The translations under genes and the position numbers were made by a program. The notes below the pieces were generated by a model. It made no database searches and was not told the DNA's origin. It saw only the letters and a program-made list of their open reading frames with translations. 64,000 bases of DNA from Alphaproteobacteria bacterium (lineage in GTDB: Bacteria > Pseudomonadota > Alphaproteobacteria > UBA828): positions 4,000,001 to 4,064,000 of the forward strand of contig OZ243972.1 in NCBI GenBank assembly GCA_965214705.1, in the 5' to 3' direction. Shown piece after piece: positions 41,366-52,223 of this stretch. Positions within the stretch are counted from its first letter, which is position 1, and the number at the start of each line of letters is the position of its first letter.

Positions 41366-41948
41366 CGCGGCGGTCGTGGAGCACAGTCTCCGCCCGCTCG
41401 GCCGCCCGGCCTCGAGCAGGTGGCGACGCGCATACGCAAACTGTTCGCGCGAATTCATTATCGCCTTCGCGCTGAGGCCGCGCTCACGCCCGGCCTATTC
41501 GGCGTAGCCGCCCGAGCCGCTGCCAATCCCGAGGATCCGCGCGCCTGGCGCCTCGGCGAGACGGTCGCAGATCGACGCTTCGGAGGAGTGACCTTCTGGG
41601 GCTCGCCCTGGCAACCATGGTTCTTCGACCCAAGTTGATACATGACCGCACCCGATCACACGCCAGTGTAGGGCGAACCGCCCCAGCACGAGCCAGCCGC
41701 AGAAGGGCACACGGTCTTACTTCTTTGGGATGACCGCGACATGCTCGGACGCCTTCGCGATGACCGTTCTGAAGGTTGACTAGGGTTGGTTGGCGCTGAT
41801 CCTCCGGGCCCACGATCCTCCGGATCGCGAGTAACCTGCGTATTCTGGCCGTGCCGGTCGCCAACGAACAGCAGTTCGGTGCGCCTGCTGCCGTCAAGCG
41901 CTTCGACGAATGCCTTGCTGGGAGGCCGAGGTGGCGGGTACTAGGAAC

Positions 41949-42332
41949 CTACTCGGACGCGTCGCCCAGGACGTGAGCCTCGGCATCCCGCGCTGCTTGA
42001 ACGGTGCGTTCGAGCTGTTCCTGGCGCCCTTCGCGGATCATGTCGTCCCGCTTGAGCGTCGAAAGGATGTAGGCGCTGCGATAAGTGCGCTTGACCAGCT
42101 CGAGCATGCCGGGCGGAAGGGCGCCGACCGAGGCCTCCGTGGGTTCGACTACGGCGTTCAGGACGGCGTTGCGCGCGAAGGTGGCGGTCGAAATGTTGAC
42201 CGCTGCTGCTGCGCGCTGGACCTTCGCCCACTCGGCATCTGTGAATCTGATGGTTCGCGGCGAGCGAGTCCCGGTCGGTTTTTCATCGACTTGGGTCTTG
42301 GAGCGGGGTTTTGTCTTGCTCTTGTTCGTCAC
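41949..42332 (-). CDS. Ribbon-helix-helix / MobC-like DNA-binding protein, cut off from its RBS by IS4
   Basis: PRTIRFTDAEWAKVQRAA...STATFAR pattern; GGGAGA RBS lies beyond the IS at ~43685. Confidence 0.55.
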   Translation of the reverse strand: MTNKSKTKPRSKTQVDEKPTGTRSPRTIRFTDAEWAKVQRAAAAVNISTATFARNAVLNAVVEPTEASVGALPPGMLELVKRTYRSAYILSTLKRDDMIREGRQEQLERTVQAARDAEAHVLGDASE

Positions 42333-42335
42333 GAT

Positions 42336-43669
42336 CACTAGTGTCCCAACGTTAGCGGAATAAGTTCAATTGGTTAGGGTGGTCTAGTTGGCCGATTTGC
42401 AGGCCCTCTGGGTCAAACAGTTGATAGAGAGGCGTTTTCTCGAACACCGTAAGGCTCAGGATCTGTAGAATTGTGTAGAGGCTCTGCTCCAGCTTCAGCC
42501 GCTTGCGGATGATGGCGACCAGGACATAGACCGACACCGCGATCCAGATCTGGGTCTTCACCGCGTTCTCCGAGGTGCCGAAGAAGGACTTGATCCGGAG
42601 GTGCTGCTTGATCCATTTGAAGAACAACTCGATGTGCCAGCGGGCACGGTAGAGTTCGGCGATCGTCAGAGCCGGCAGAACAAAGTTGTTGGTGAGGAAG
42701 ACGAGGGTTTTGTCGCGCTCGGCATCTCGGTACCGGATCCGCCGTAGCTTGTCGGGATAATCGGTCGCGCTGTTGACGCCGCTTGGCCGTACGACCTGAT
42801 CGCAGATGAGACCGCGGGTGCGATCGACAGGGCGGGAGTAGAGGCGGCGGAGCTTGGTGTTGGATTTCGCGCGCAGGACAAAGAAGCTGCCACTGTGATG
42901 CAGGTGATGGAGACGGCTGAAGTCGAGGTAGGCCCGGTCCATGATATAGAAGGCTCCGGCCTCCGGCAGCAGCATGTCCATCACATTGACGTCGTGGAGT
43001 TTTCCGTCGGAGATGTGGATGAAGGCGGGGATGTGGCCGTGCAGGTCGAGCAGGGTGTGGAGCTTGACGGCGCCCTTTGTCTTGCGGAACGGAGCCCACG
43101 GGAACAGCGACAGGCAGAGGTCGATTGTCGAGGAGTCGAGGGCATAGACGGTGTTATCAAGATCAAGGCCGAGCGTATTGTCGTCGGCGTAGAGGTTTCG
43201 GGCGATGTGGATGAGATGTTGAGCGAAGTCGGCGTAGATCTGCCATTCGCGAACGGCGTTGGCATTGGCGAGGGTGTTGCGCGAGACCCTGCCACGGATC
43301 CCCATGTGATAGAGCTTTGTGGGTTGAACGCGCAGGCAGGTCTCGATGTCGCGCAAGCTGGCCCGATAAGTGAGCTGAGCGAAGGCCATGCATCGGTACT
43401 GATCCGCGCAGGTGAACGACTTGATCTTGCGGTTTCCGTTGTAACGGGCCACGCAGCGACGGAAACTGTGCCAGGGTAGGTGATCCACGATTTGCGCGAA
43501 GACCAGCTTGCCAGAATACATCCGCCATCCTCTCCTGATACATGTTGGACAGGAAAAGCGTGCCGAACCGGCGCTACGGTCTCAAGTCGGTGACTCCCTT
43601 GAACAGGATTTCTCGAACGAATATCAATCTGTTAACCGCACCAGCTTCGAAAACGTTGGGACACTAGTG
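42336..43669 (-). mobile_element. IS4-family element
   Basis: 18-bp perfect IR CACTAGTGTCCCAACGTT; 9-bp TSD CGTCACGAT (42327-42335, 43670-43678). Confidence 0.95.
42352..43521 (-). CDS. IS4-family transposase (DUF4372-type N-terminus)
   Basis: MAFAQLTYRASLRDI, DSSTI, KLH, DRAY, YRARWHIELFFKWIKQ. Confidence 0.94.
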   Translation of the reverse strand: MYSGKLVFAQIVDHLPWHSFRRCVARYNGNRKIKSFTCADQYRCMAFAQLTYRASLRDIETCLRVQPTKLYHMGIRGRVSRNTLANANAVREWQIYADFAQHLIHIARNLYADDNTLGLDLDNTVYALDSSTIDLCLSLFPWAPFRKTKGAVKLHTLLDLHGHIPAFIHISDGKLHDVNVMDMLLPEAGAFYIMDRAYLDFSRLHHLHHSGSFFVLRAKSNTKLRRLYSRPVDRTRGLICDQVVRPSGVNSATDYPDKLRRIRYRDAERDKTLVFLTNNFVLPALTIAELYRARWHIELFFKWIKQHLRIKSFFGTSENAVKTQIWIAVSVYVLVAIIRKRLKLEQSLYTILQILSLTVFEKTPLYQLFDPEGLQIGQLDHPNQLNLFR

Positions 43670-45076
43670 CGTCACGATAGCTTTCTCCCGCAAGGCGGTC
43701 TCGCTGGGCGTTCATCCTTTCGTGCTCCTGATTGCAGACATGTGTCGCCCTGTCAGCCCCTGCAAGTCGCGTGTTTCAAAGAACTACGCGCCGGTTGGAT
43801 TAGGAAAGCTCCTTCGTATTTCAATGTATTTCTACCTGTCAAGACGTGCATTCAATCAGGCGGCTAAGGGCCGTATTTCAATGTACTTCGCTCGTTCCAA
43901 CGCCAGCGCCTGTGGATTCGCTACAATTCTGTCCTCTCGTGTCCGGCCATGACAGGCTATGTCGCCTCAAAATAGCTTTGCGCCTTCAGGCGCGTGGGGT
44001 GTGAGAACCAAAGCGCGCCAAGCGTCGAGCGCGACACAGGTTCGATATAGAAGCGGTCAGGCCCCAGCCTGCGGTGACAGCTGCTTTCGGCGTTTGCGGC
44101 GATTGAGCGAGAGGTTCGGACTGCGATCTCCAGGCGCGTTCCACGTTGTCGTCCCGACAACCGAGGTAACAAAGTGGGGCGCAGGGTGCAAGCTCGCGGC
44201 AGCAGTCTTCACACATCGCGCACCGGATTCGGTGCGCGGGTTCGCTCGCGGTACGGTTCGTTACCTCAGCGCACGATGGCGGTCGCACATGTTCCAAAGA
44301 ACAGCGGCGTGACTATCACATGTTCCCGCAGCGCAGACATGGGCGGTGAACGCGCTGATGTTCAAGGCGTTAGCAGTCCGTTTCACTTGTTACCGCAAGT
44401 GCAGAAGCAGCGACGCATTCGTTACCGCGGTGTCATCGTTGCGGCTGCGCCGAACGGATGTCGCCGCGACGATCGGCGGTGCGAGCGGAGCCGCGGGCAG
44501 TTGTGCGAAGCGCGCTGCCGGACGCGCCGTCAACTGCATCGGCGCGGGAGCCGGCACCGGTGTCGGCCGGACCGCGGGCAGCGCTGCGGATGCCGGTGCG
44601 CGGCGAAGCCGCGACCGGCGAGGCTCGGGTGCATGGCGAGGATGTTGGGCGGCACGCGCGGCCGACGAATCCAGCGACGGCGCGCATGCGCCGAGCCGGA
44701 CGCAGCTGCGGAGAGAAACACGGCAGGTGCAGCGGGCGCGAGTGCCGCCTGCGCGAAGCGCGGCGCCATCGGGCATGAAACGCGCACACGGGTGGCCGGC
44801 ACGGATGCCGGCGGTCGCCTGCACCGGACTGCACACATGATGCCCGTCGTGAAGCACGAAGAAAGCGGCCGGTGCCGTGAGGCACCGACCGCTGTTTCTG
44901 TCGCAGGCGCCGATCAGACCGGTACGACCATAATGCCGAGAAGGTTGTAATGCCGAGCGGGTCGCGGGGATCGGCTTAGTTCTGCCGTTTTCCTGCCGAT
45001 TCGCTCGGCATTAATTGTTGGGGTCGGTTCTCCGACAAAGTCGTCCTCCCTTTCAATCGGATGGAGGACGACAAGA

Positions 45077-46651
45077 ATGTCTTCGACACCCAACCGCGGG
45101 TCGTTGCTGGAGACCACGGCGCTGGCCGGCTTCGATCCAATCATTCTTGAGTTCATCGACGACCTTCGCCATCGAGGTGGAGCTGCCGAGGGTCAGCTCC
45201 CCAAGTACCGGTATGCCGCTCGTCACTTCCTGATCTGGCTTAAGCTCGCCGGCATCGAGCTCAAGATGGTCGACGGCACGGCCATCGAGCACTTTCTGCA
45301 GCACGATTGCCGTTGTGCCGAATCGTCCGCGCCCGTCCGGCTTCGCCGCTGGCGCAAGTGCCGCACGTCGTCCAGAGTCATGACGTTCATCCGCTTCCTT
45401 GAGCGGACGGGGCGCATCGAGACTCCCGGCGAGCTCGACGACAATTTCAGGCTGCTGGATGCGTTCCTCGCGAGCTTGCGCCGCGATGGCTACGCGACCG
45501 CGACCATTGAGCTGTATGGCCACGGATGCGGCGGTCTCATTGTCTGGCTCCACCTCTCACGGCTTCGCCTGTGCGATCTGTCGCCGGAGGTAATCGCACG
45601 TTTCCGGCGCAGGCAGATCGTCTGCTCGATCCCCGGGGTGTTTTGCGGCCAGGAATCGCGGTGCCCCGCAACCGCATACGAGACCGAGCTGCGCGGCTTC
45701 CTGAAGCATCTCGTCTCGATCGGGCGGATCGAACCGTTCGAACAGAACCCGGACGAGAAGACCCCGCCGCCCCCTCGCCTCGAGAGATTCGGCGACTGGC
45801 TTGAACGCCATCGTGCGATCAGCCCGGAGAGCATACGCCAGTATGTCCGATTGATCGCAGAGATGCTGCCTGACCTTGGGGACGATCCTGGGGCCTATGA
45901 CGCGGCGCTGATCCGGCGGGCGTTGTTCGACCGTATGGAGCCCTGGTCGCAGGGCTACGCCCGAAGGCTGACCACCGCGATGCGCATGTATCTGCGGTTC
46001 CTGGTGTCGGAAGCCAGCATCGCGGCGAGACTGGTCGAGGCCGTGCCGACGGTGCCGCAGTGGCGATTGTCCACCTTGCCACGATACATCTCGGCCGACG
46101 ATGTCGAGCGCGCCATCGCATCCTGCGGCGACGACCCCAAGGGCGTGCGCGATCGGGCGATCCTGCTGCTTCTGGCACGGCTGGCCCTGCGGGCCGGGGA
46201 TATCGTCGCTCTGCGCCTCGGCGATATCGACTGGGACAGGGCCGAGATCCGTGTCTCGGGAAAATCACGGCGGGAGACGGCTCTGCCTCTGCCCCAGGAC
46301 GTCGGCGATGCGCTCCACGCCTATATCGCGACGGCGCGGCCAAGGGTGGATGAGGAGAAGGTGTTCTTCTGTGTGAACGCGCCCTGTCGGCCGTTCACCG
46401 ACTCGAGTGTCGTCAGCGCCGTGGCGGAATGGGCTCTCGACCGCGCCGGGGTCAAGACCTTCGGCGGCCGCGGCGCGCATACATTCCGCCATTCCCAGGC
46501 GACAGCGCTGCTCAGATCCGGAGCAACGCTCCACGTCATCCAATCGCTGCTCCGGCACGCTTCCCCGAGCGCCACCATGATCTATGCGAAGACCGACGCG
46601 GTCATGTTGCAGGAGGTTGCCCAACCCTGGATCGGGGGGATCGATCGATGA
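45077..46651 (+). CDS. RIT tyrosine recombinase A
   Basis: RDRAILLLLARLALRAGD, HTFRHS, LRH, IYAK; extended N-terminus. Confidence 0.9.
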   Translation: MSSTPNRGSLLETTALAGFDPIILEFIDDLRHRGGAAEGQLPKYRYAARHFLIWLKLAGIELKMVDGTAIEHFLQHDCRCAESSAPVRLRRWRKCRTSSRVMTFIRFLERTGRIETPGELDDNFRLLDAFLASLRRDGYATATIELYGHGCGGLIVWLHLSRLRLCDLSPEVIARFRRRQIVCSIPGVFCGQESRCPATAYETELRGFLKHLVSIGRIEPFEQNPDEKTPPPPRLERFGDWLERHRAISPESIRQYVRLIAEMLPDLGDDPGAYDAALIRRALFDRMEPWSQGYARRLTTAMRMYLRFLVSEASIAARLVEAVPTVPQWRLSTLPRYISADDVERAIASCGDDPKGVRDRAILLLLARLALRAGDIVALRLGDIDWDRAEIRVSGKSRRETALPLPQDVGDALHAYIATARPRVDEEKVFFCVNAPCRPFTDSSVVSAVAEWALDRAGVKTFGGRGAHTFRHSQATALLRSGATLHVIQSLLRHASPSATMIYAKTDAVMLQEVAQPWIGGIDR

Positions 46652-47580
46652 CGATGACAATCAGCGAACAGGTCTCGCGCTTCGTCGCGATGAAACAGAA
46701 GCTCGGCTACCGGTTCGGGCGGTGCGAAGGGATGCTGCACAGCTTCGCCAGGTTCGCCGAGGACCGTGATGAAACATTCATCCATTCCACGACCGCCATC
46801 GAGTGGGCATCGTCGTCGAGAGCGGCATCGCAGTCCGAAGGAGTCAGAAGGCTGCGCGCGGTACATGACTTTGCCAGCTGGCTGCATGCCGAGGATGCGC
46901 GTCACGAAGTACCGCCGCGCGATGCGCTGGGCCGCCCGAACAAGCAGAGGCCGCGACCCTGCCTGATATCGGTCCCGGACATCGGGAAACTTCTGATGGC
47001 GGCGCTGTCCATGGGGCCTGCCGGCAGCATCGCCCCGCTGACCTGGCACTACCTGTTCGGGCTCATCGCCGCGACCGGCCTGCGCATCGGCGAAGCGCTC
47101 GCATTGACGATGGATGACATCACCGCTGACGGCCTCGTCATCCGAGACACGAAGTTCGGCAAGACGAGGATGGTCGCGCTGCACCCGACCACCTGGGATG
47201 CGCTGAACTGCTACCTGGGGTCACGGCTCAAGGAGAAAACGCCAGACACGCATCTCTTCGTGATCGCCACCGGCCTATGTCCGAGTAGAGGCTATGCATC
47301 GGCCGTCTTCCGCAGACTCGCGGAGCAAGCCGGAATCCGCGAACCCGGCGCGGCGCGAGGACCCACACCGCACTCGCTGCGGCATTCCTTCGCTGTGCGG
47401 TCACTTGAGAGCCTTGCTCCCGATATCGATCCGAGCCGCCATATGCTGGCGCTTGCGACCTACCTCGGCCATGTCAACGTCTCAAGCACCTACTGGTATC
47501 TGGAATCGACCCCTGCCCTCCTGCGCGGCATTGCCGAAGCCGCGGAAGAGGCTCACGCGAATGGGGGTTCCGATGACTGA
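46648..47580 (+). CDS. RIT tyrosine recombinase B
   Basis: TGLRIGE, TKFGKTR, HSLRHSFA, YLGH, TYWY; ATGA overlap with the A gene. Confidence 0.92.
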   Translation: MTMTISEQVSRFVAMKQKLGYRFGRCEGMLHSFARFAEDRDETFIHSTTAIEWASSSRAASQSEGVRRLRAVHDFASWLHAEDARHEVPPRDALGRPNKQRPRPCLISVPDIGKLLMAALSMGPAGSIAPLTWHYLFGLIAATGLRIGEALALTMDDITADGLVIRDTKFGKTRMVALHPTTWDALNCYLGSRLKEKTPDTHLFVIATGLCPSRGYASAVFRRLAEQAGIREPGAARGPTPHSLRHSFAVRSLESLAPDIDPSRHMLALATYLGHVNVSSTYWYLESTPALLRGIAEAAEEAHANGGSDD

Positions 47581-48574
47581 TCTTGCCCCCCACCTGACGA
47601 GCTTCCTGGAGGAGCACCTTCCTAACGAGCGGCGCTTCAGCCGCCACACCGTGCAGAGCTATAAGGAGTGCTTCCGCCTCCTCGTCATCTACGCGGCGGA
47701 AAAGACCAGGGTGCGCCCCTGCATCCTGAAGATCGAGCACCTGACGGTGGCTCTACTGCTGGCCTTCCTCGAGTCTCTGGAGAAGGATCGCAACAACAGC
47801 ATCGGCACCCGCAACAATCGCCTCGCCGCCATCAAGTCCTTCTTCCGATACCTGGAATACCGTGTCCCGGGTTGTCTCGACCTCGCCTTGCAGGTGCGCG
47901 CCATCCCGCAGAAGCGCACCGACAAACCCCTGATCGACTGGCTCGACCGGATGGAGATGCAGGCGATCCTGGATGCGCCGGATACCGCGACGGTCGCAGG
48001 CCTGCGCGACCGCGCCATGCTGCATCTATGCTACGCGGCCGGGCTCCGGGTGTCGGAACTGACCAGGCTCACTCTCGACAGCCTGTCGAGTCCCCATCTT
48101 GAGACTGTCCGCATCCTGGGCAAGGGGCGGCGCGAGCGCGAACTGCCGCTCTGGAAGGAAACGAGGGCCGTCCTCAATGAGTGGCTCGACGTCCGCCCGC
48201 CGGTCAACAATCGCTATCTCTTCCTCAGCGCCCGCGGGCGGGCGTTGAGCACGGACGGCTTCGCTTACATCCTCGACCAGCATGTCGCCACCGCGGCCTG
48301 CAAGGTCCCGTCCATCAAGAGCAAGCGGGTGACCCCGCACGTGCTCCGTCATTCGTCGGCAATGACCGTTCTGGATGCCACACGGGGGGACATCCGGAAG
48401 GTCTCGATCTGGCTCGGTCACGCCGACGTCAAGATTACCGAGGTGTACCTTCGTTCGAGCGCGGCCGAGAAGTTGAAAATCCTTGGGGCCAACACGCCGC
48501 CTTCCATCCGCCGCGGGACCTTCAACGGTGTGAAGGACAGCTTGATGATGGTTCTCGGCGGAAACTGGCCGTGA
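47573..48574 (+). CDS. RIT tyrosine recombinase C
   Basis: TRNNRLAAIKSFF, GLRVSE, GKGRRER, HVLRHS, WLGH, Y. Confidence 0.92.
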   Translation: MTDLAPHLTSFLEEHLPNERRFSRHTVQSYKECFRLLVIYAAEKTRVRPCILKIEHLTVALLLAFLESLEKDRNNSIGTRNNRLAAIKSFFRYLEYRVPGCLDLALQVRAIPQKRTDKPLIDWLDRMEMQAILDAPDTATVAGLRDRAMLHLCYAAGLRVSELTRLTLDSLSSPHLETVRILGKGRRERELPLWKETRAVLNEWLDVRPPVNNRYLFLSARGRALSTDGFAYILDQHVATAACKVPSIKSKRVTPHVLRHSSAMTVLDATRGDIRKVSIWLGHADVKITEVYLRSSAAEKLKILGANTPPSIRRGTFNGVKDSLMMVLGGNWP

Positions 48575-49293
48575 CAATTAATGCCGAGCGAATCGGCAGG
48601 AAAACGGCAGAACTAAGCCGATCCCAGCGACCCGCTCGGCATTACAACCTTCTCGGCATTATGCAGATTATGCCGAGCTCGGCATAACGTGCATCACGGG
48701 AATGCCCAAGCGCTTCGCCTTGTCGATGAGGTTGCCGGTGATGCCGCTGCCGGGGAAAGCGATGACGCCCTTGGGCAGCAGGTTGAGCAGCTCGTCGTTG
48801 CGGCGGAAGGGTGCGGCCTTGCCGTGGGCGTTCCAGTCGGGCCTGCAGACGACCTGGTTGATGCCCCTGGCTTCGGCCCAGCTCGCCGCGATCTTCTCAA
48901 CGCCGGGACCGCCGCCGTGCAGCAGGACCATGTCGCCGTACTTCGCGTGCGCCATGTCGAGCGTGCTCCAGACCGCATCGGCATCGGCGACGGTCTTGCC
49001 GCCGGTGATGGCGACCAGGGTGCCCTCGGGCAGGTGCGCCCTTGTCTCGCGGTCCTTGCGTGCGCGGCGGAAGTCGCGTGCGTCGATGGCGGCAGACGTC
49101 AGCGTCCCGGTGCGGCTCGTGTGCGAGCCGTGGCGCGGGCGCCATGTGTCGCCGGTCTCGACGCGGTAGGCATCGGCAGCGAGGTCGCGCATCTTCTCGA
49201 AGGCGTCGCGACGGTCGCCCAGGCTCTGCGCCCGGTCCGTGAGGGTCTGCAGCTCCCATGCCTTGACCTCCGATCCGTCCTGCGCCTTCTCAA

Positions 49294-51453
49294 CCCAAGT
49301 TGGCACTTTTCCGCTGCCTGTGTTCCCTATTGGTTTGATTCAACGCGATATTTTTCTCGGTCGATTCCAACATGGCCCCACATTTTGTGAGATTCTGTCA
49401 GCTCATCAGACGGGTCCTCGTGCGGTGGATGGCGGGGTCCACGCCCGCCGCCGAGGAGATTGCGGCAACCTCGGCGGCCGGGCGCGTGTCCTGGCGGTTG
49501 ACGATCAAGGTGCCGTCGGTCTGGCGCAGGCGCGTGGTGATCCGCACCCAGGTCCGCATGCTCTCGCGGATCGACGCCCAGCACTTGTGGATGCCGCGCG
49601 CGGCCAGCCGGGTACGGATCAGATGCACGGCGTGGTAGGCCAGCACGGCGATCAGCAGGTGGGCCGCGATGCGCCGGTCGAGCTGGTGCCAGATCGGGCG
49701 AAGGCCGAGCTCGGATTTCAGGCTCCGGAATGTCGCCTCGATATCCGTGATCCGCCAGTACGTCCGCAGGACCGTCTCGATGTCCCAGTCGACGTGGCTG
49801 GTGCGCAGCACATAGGCACCGGCGCCCTCATCGGCCTCGTCGTATCGCGGCCTGCGCTTGAAGCGCACGGCGGTGGCATTGGGGCCGGTTTTCGCCCTCT
49901 CGACCGTGATCTCGTAGTGCCTGGCGACGGCGGAGAAGCGCTGCTTGAGGCGGCCTATGCTCTCCAGCACCTTGTCGTAGCGCTTGAGGCGGCCCTTGAC
50001 CGGGAGGCCGCCGTGGAGCCTTTCCAGCGCCGCCTCGAAGCGGTTCCGCCTCAGGCCGATGATCGCGTTCTCGGCCTTCTTCTTGCCCTCGCTGACGACG
50101 TAGAGCCGCGCCTCGCCGTCCTCGCTGGCAAGCCGCCAGGCCCGCACCTCGTGGCGCGCGCTGGTGATCAGCAGGGCCTCGGGTCCGCCCTCGGGCGGCG
50201 CAGGCCTGGCACCGCGGCTGACCGCGATCCAGTCGTAGCCCTGCTCGCCCAGCCACGCGATGTTTTTCTCGGTGGCGATGCCCGCGTCCATGACCACCGT
50301 GGGCTTCGGCGCCGTGCCGCCGCACACCGCCTCGAGCCGCGCCAGCGCCTCGTGCAGCGTGCCCGGCTCGCTCACGTTGCCCGGCAGGATCTCGCAACTG
50401 CGCGGGAAGCCCGCGCCGTCGAGCGCCAGCGCCAGCGTGATGAGGGGACAGTCGTCGCGCTTCTGCTTGGAGCGCCCGAACCTGGGAAGCTCGCCGCCCG
50501 TGTGGCCGTGGTAGTGGACGTTGGTGAGATCGTAGAAGGCGATCGTCTCGGGCAGGTCGAGCAGTGCGCGCTCACGGTTGAACAGCTCCCGCTGGATGGC
50601 GGCGCGGTGGCGCCAGAGCAGGTCGCCGATGCGGTAGAGCGTCTTGCGCCGCAGCGCCTTGCGGTCGCCCTCCAGGCCCAGGAGCTCGGCGGCCGCGCTG
50701 TCGTGGCGGAGCCAGCGGCTGGTATCACGCTCGCTGGCGGGATGGACCATCCTGGCGACGATCAGCGCGCTGGCGATGCGCCCGTCGCGGCCCTTGATGT
50801 CGAGGCCGTGGAGGATTTCGGCGAAGCCGAGGGCGTCGAGGGCCTTGAGGCACAGGCGCTCGCAGCCGACCGTGCGCGGGTTCTCGTGCTCCAGGGTATC
50901 GAGGTCGACGGTGGCGATGTCGGGCTTGCGCGCCTCTTCCTGCATCGCCTCGACGCGGAACCCCCTGGCCCTGAGCTTGGCGACGATGTCCTCGGCTGCG
51001 GCCCGCACATCCGCCTCGCCCTCGAACAGCGGCGGCTTGCCGTGAAGCAGCGCCTCGGCGAGTTCGGTGACGGCCTTCCACTTCTCGCGCGGCACCGGAT
51101 AGTCGGTGCCGAGATTGAGCAGCGTCCTGTGGCGCACCTTGTCGCCGACGCGCTGGGCGAGCACGAGGCGATGGCTTCGGACCGGCTGGCCGGCCTTGTC
51201 GGTGTGTGTCCTGGTTGCCTTGATGTACATGGCGGCGCCGTTTCTGCGATGCCTGTTTCGCATACACGGCGTTCGCGGCATCTGGCAAGAGGGATATCGA
51301 CTCAACTCCAAAGTCCTGGCCCCACAATTGGCTTCCAGGACCACGAATGGCAAATGTGGGTCTCAGGTGTCCTCCAACCCCAACATCTAGTGGTTCAGCG
51401 CCGCAAAACTGGCTCGAACAGGCTCGGCTGGTCGGAAAAAGTGCCAACTTGGG
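49294..51453 (-). mobile_element. IS1634-family element, second type
   Basis: 17-bp IR CCCAAGTTGGCACTTTT; 4-bp TSD TCAA (49290-49293, 51454-51457). Confidence 0.93.
49398..51230 (-). CDS. IS1634 transposase
   Basis: FYDLTN, FGRSKQKRDDC, VMDAG, DIEATFRSLKSELGLRPIWH. Confidence 0.92.
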   Translation of the reverse strand: MYIKATRTHTDKAGQPVRSHRLVLAQRVGDKVRHRTLLNLGTDYPVPREKWKAVTELAEALLHGKPPLFEGEADVRAAAEDIVAKLRARGFRVEAMQEEARKPDIATVDLDTLEHENPRTVGCERLCLKALDALGFAEILHGLDIKGRDGRIASALIVARMVHPASERDTSRWLRHDSAAAELLGLEGDRKALRRKTLYRIGDLLWRHRAAIQRELFNRERALLDLPETIAFYDLTNVHYHGHTGGELPRFGRSKQKRDDCPLITLALALDGAGFPRSCEILPGNVSEPGTLHEALARLEAVCGGTAPKPTVVMDAGIATEKNIAWLGEQGYDWIAVSRGARPAPPEGGPEALLITSARHEVRAWRLASEDGEARLYVVSEGKKKAENAIIGLRRNRFEAALERLHGGLPVKGRLKRYDKVLESIGRLKQRFSAVARHYEITVERAKTGPNATAVRFKRRPRYDEADEGAGAYVLRTSHVDWDIETVLRTYWRITDIEATFRSLKSELGLRPIWHQLDRRIAAHLLIAVLAYHAVHLIRTRLAARGIHKCWASIRESMRTWVRITTRLRQTDGTLIVNRQDTRPAAEVAAISSAAGVDPAIHRTRTRLMS

Positions 51454-52223
51454 TCAAGGTCGCGCATCTCGGGCGTGATGCGGTCGACGGCGCGGTCGAG
51501 GCGTGTGACCTGCGAGTGCAGAATGTTGGTCAGGCCCCACATCAGGGGCTCGCGCTCGTCGGCCATCTGTGTGCCGTCTACGGTGATGCCGTCGACGATG
51601 ACGCGGATGGCTTCGTTCAGCGCGTCGATGGCATCGTCCTCGTCCCAGACGACCCTGCTGTCGAGCTCGCCGCGCTCGGGCGCTGCACCGAACAGAGCCA
51701 TGCTCTCGCAGACCGTGGCAGTGGAAGAGGCGGTAGCGCTTGAGGTGTCGATCATGACGATCTCCCTTGTCATCCTCCGGGACCCTGTGCCCCGTCGTGG
51801 TGTCCTCCTTCTTCACGCGCGCGCAGTGTCAGCACCTGGCCTTAGGAACTGTTGGGCGGGGTGGTGCGGAAGTTTGGCGATGGTGCGGAAGATGGCGCTC
51901 TCGGGACCTGGGAGGTCCGGCGCGCCGCCTTGGAGACTGGCCGCGTTTCGAGTTGGCCTGCTCAAGAACTGCTAGCGCCGGGCCGACGCGCCGGCCCCGC
52001 GTCAGGGGCCGGTGCGCCGCACGCGAGGCGGTTGGTGATTACACGAGAGCCATCTTCACGGTCGCCGAACTTCACGGCCCGCCCTTACAGTTCCTTGGGC
52101 TAGGCCGTAGGGAGTGAAGCGACCGAAGGACCCGCAGGGTTGCTGGTGCGAGCACGTGTGGAAAAATTGGAGGACACGACGGAAGAGGATTCCATTTCGG
52201 CACGCACGGCCTCCTCTGTTTCT

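Larger units (their letters stand above)
44929..48686 (+). mobile_element. RIT element (recombinase in trio)
   Basis: Three overlapping tyrosine recombinases; 90-bp IR (44929-45018 / 48574-48663, 1 mismatch) built from TAATGCCGAG units; AC at both junctions. Confidence 0.93.
48668..51755 (-). pseudogene. DUF2493 (YspA/SLOG-like) ICE backbone protein, split by IS1634 and clipped by the RIT
   Basis: ...EMRDL joins EKAQDGSEV; TGG, LHGG, AAPFRRND, FPGSGIT motifs. Confidence 0.8.

Noticed and set aside
44170-44920. Pro/Ala/Arg-rich ORFs on both strands
   Set aside because: Low-complexity GC-driven frames; real gene not identifiable.
44929-45018. TAATGCCGAG repeats as a CRISPR array
   Set aside because: Mixed orientation, mirrored at the other RIT end, no spacers or cas genes.
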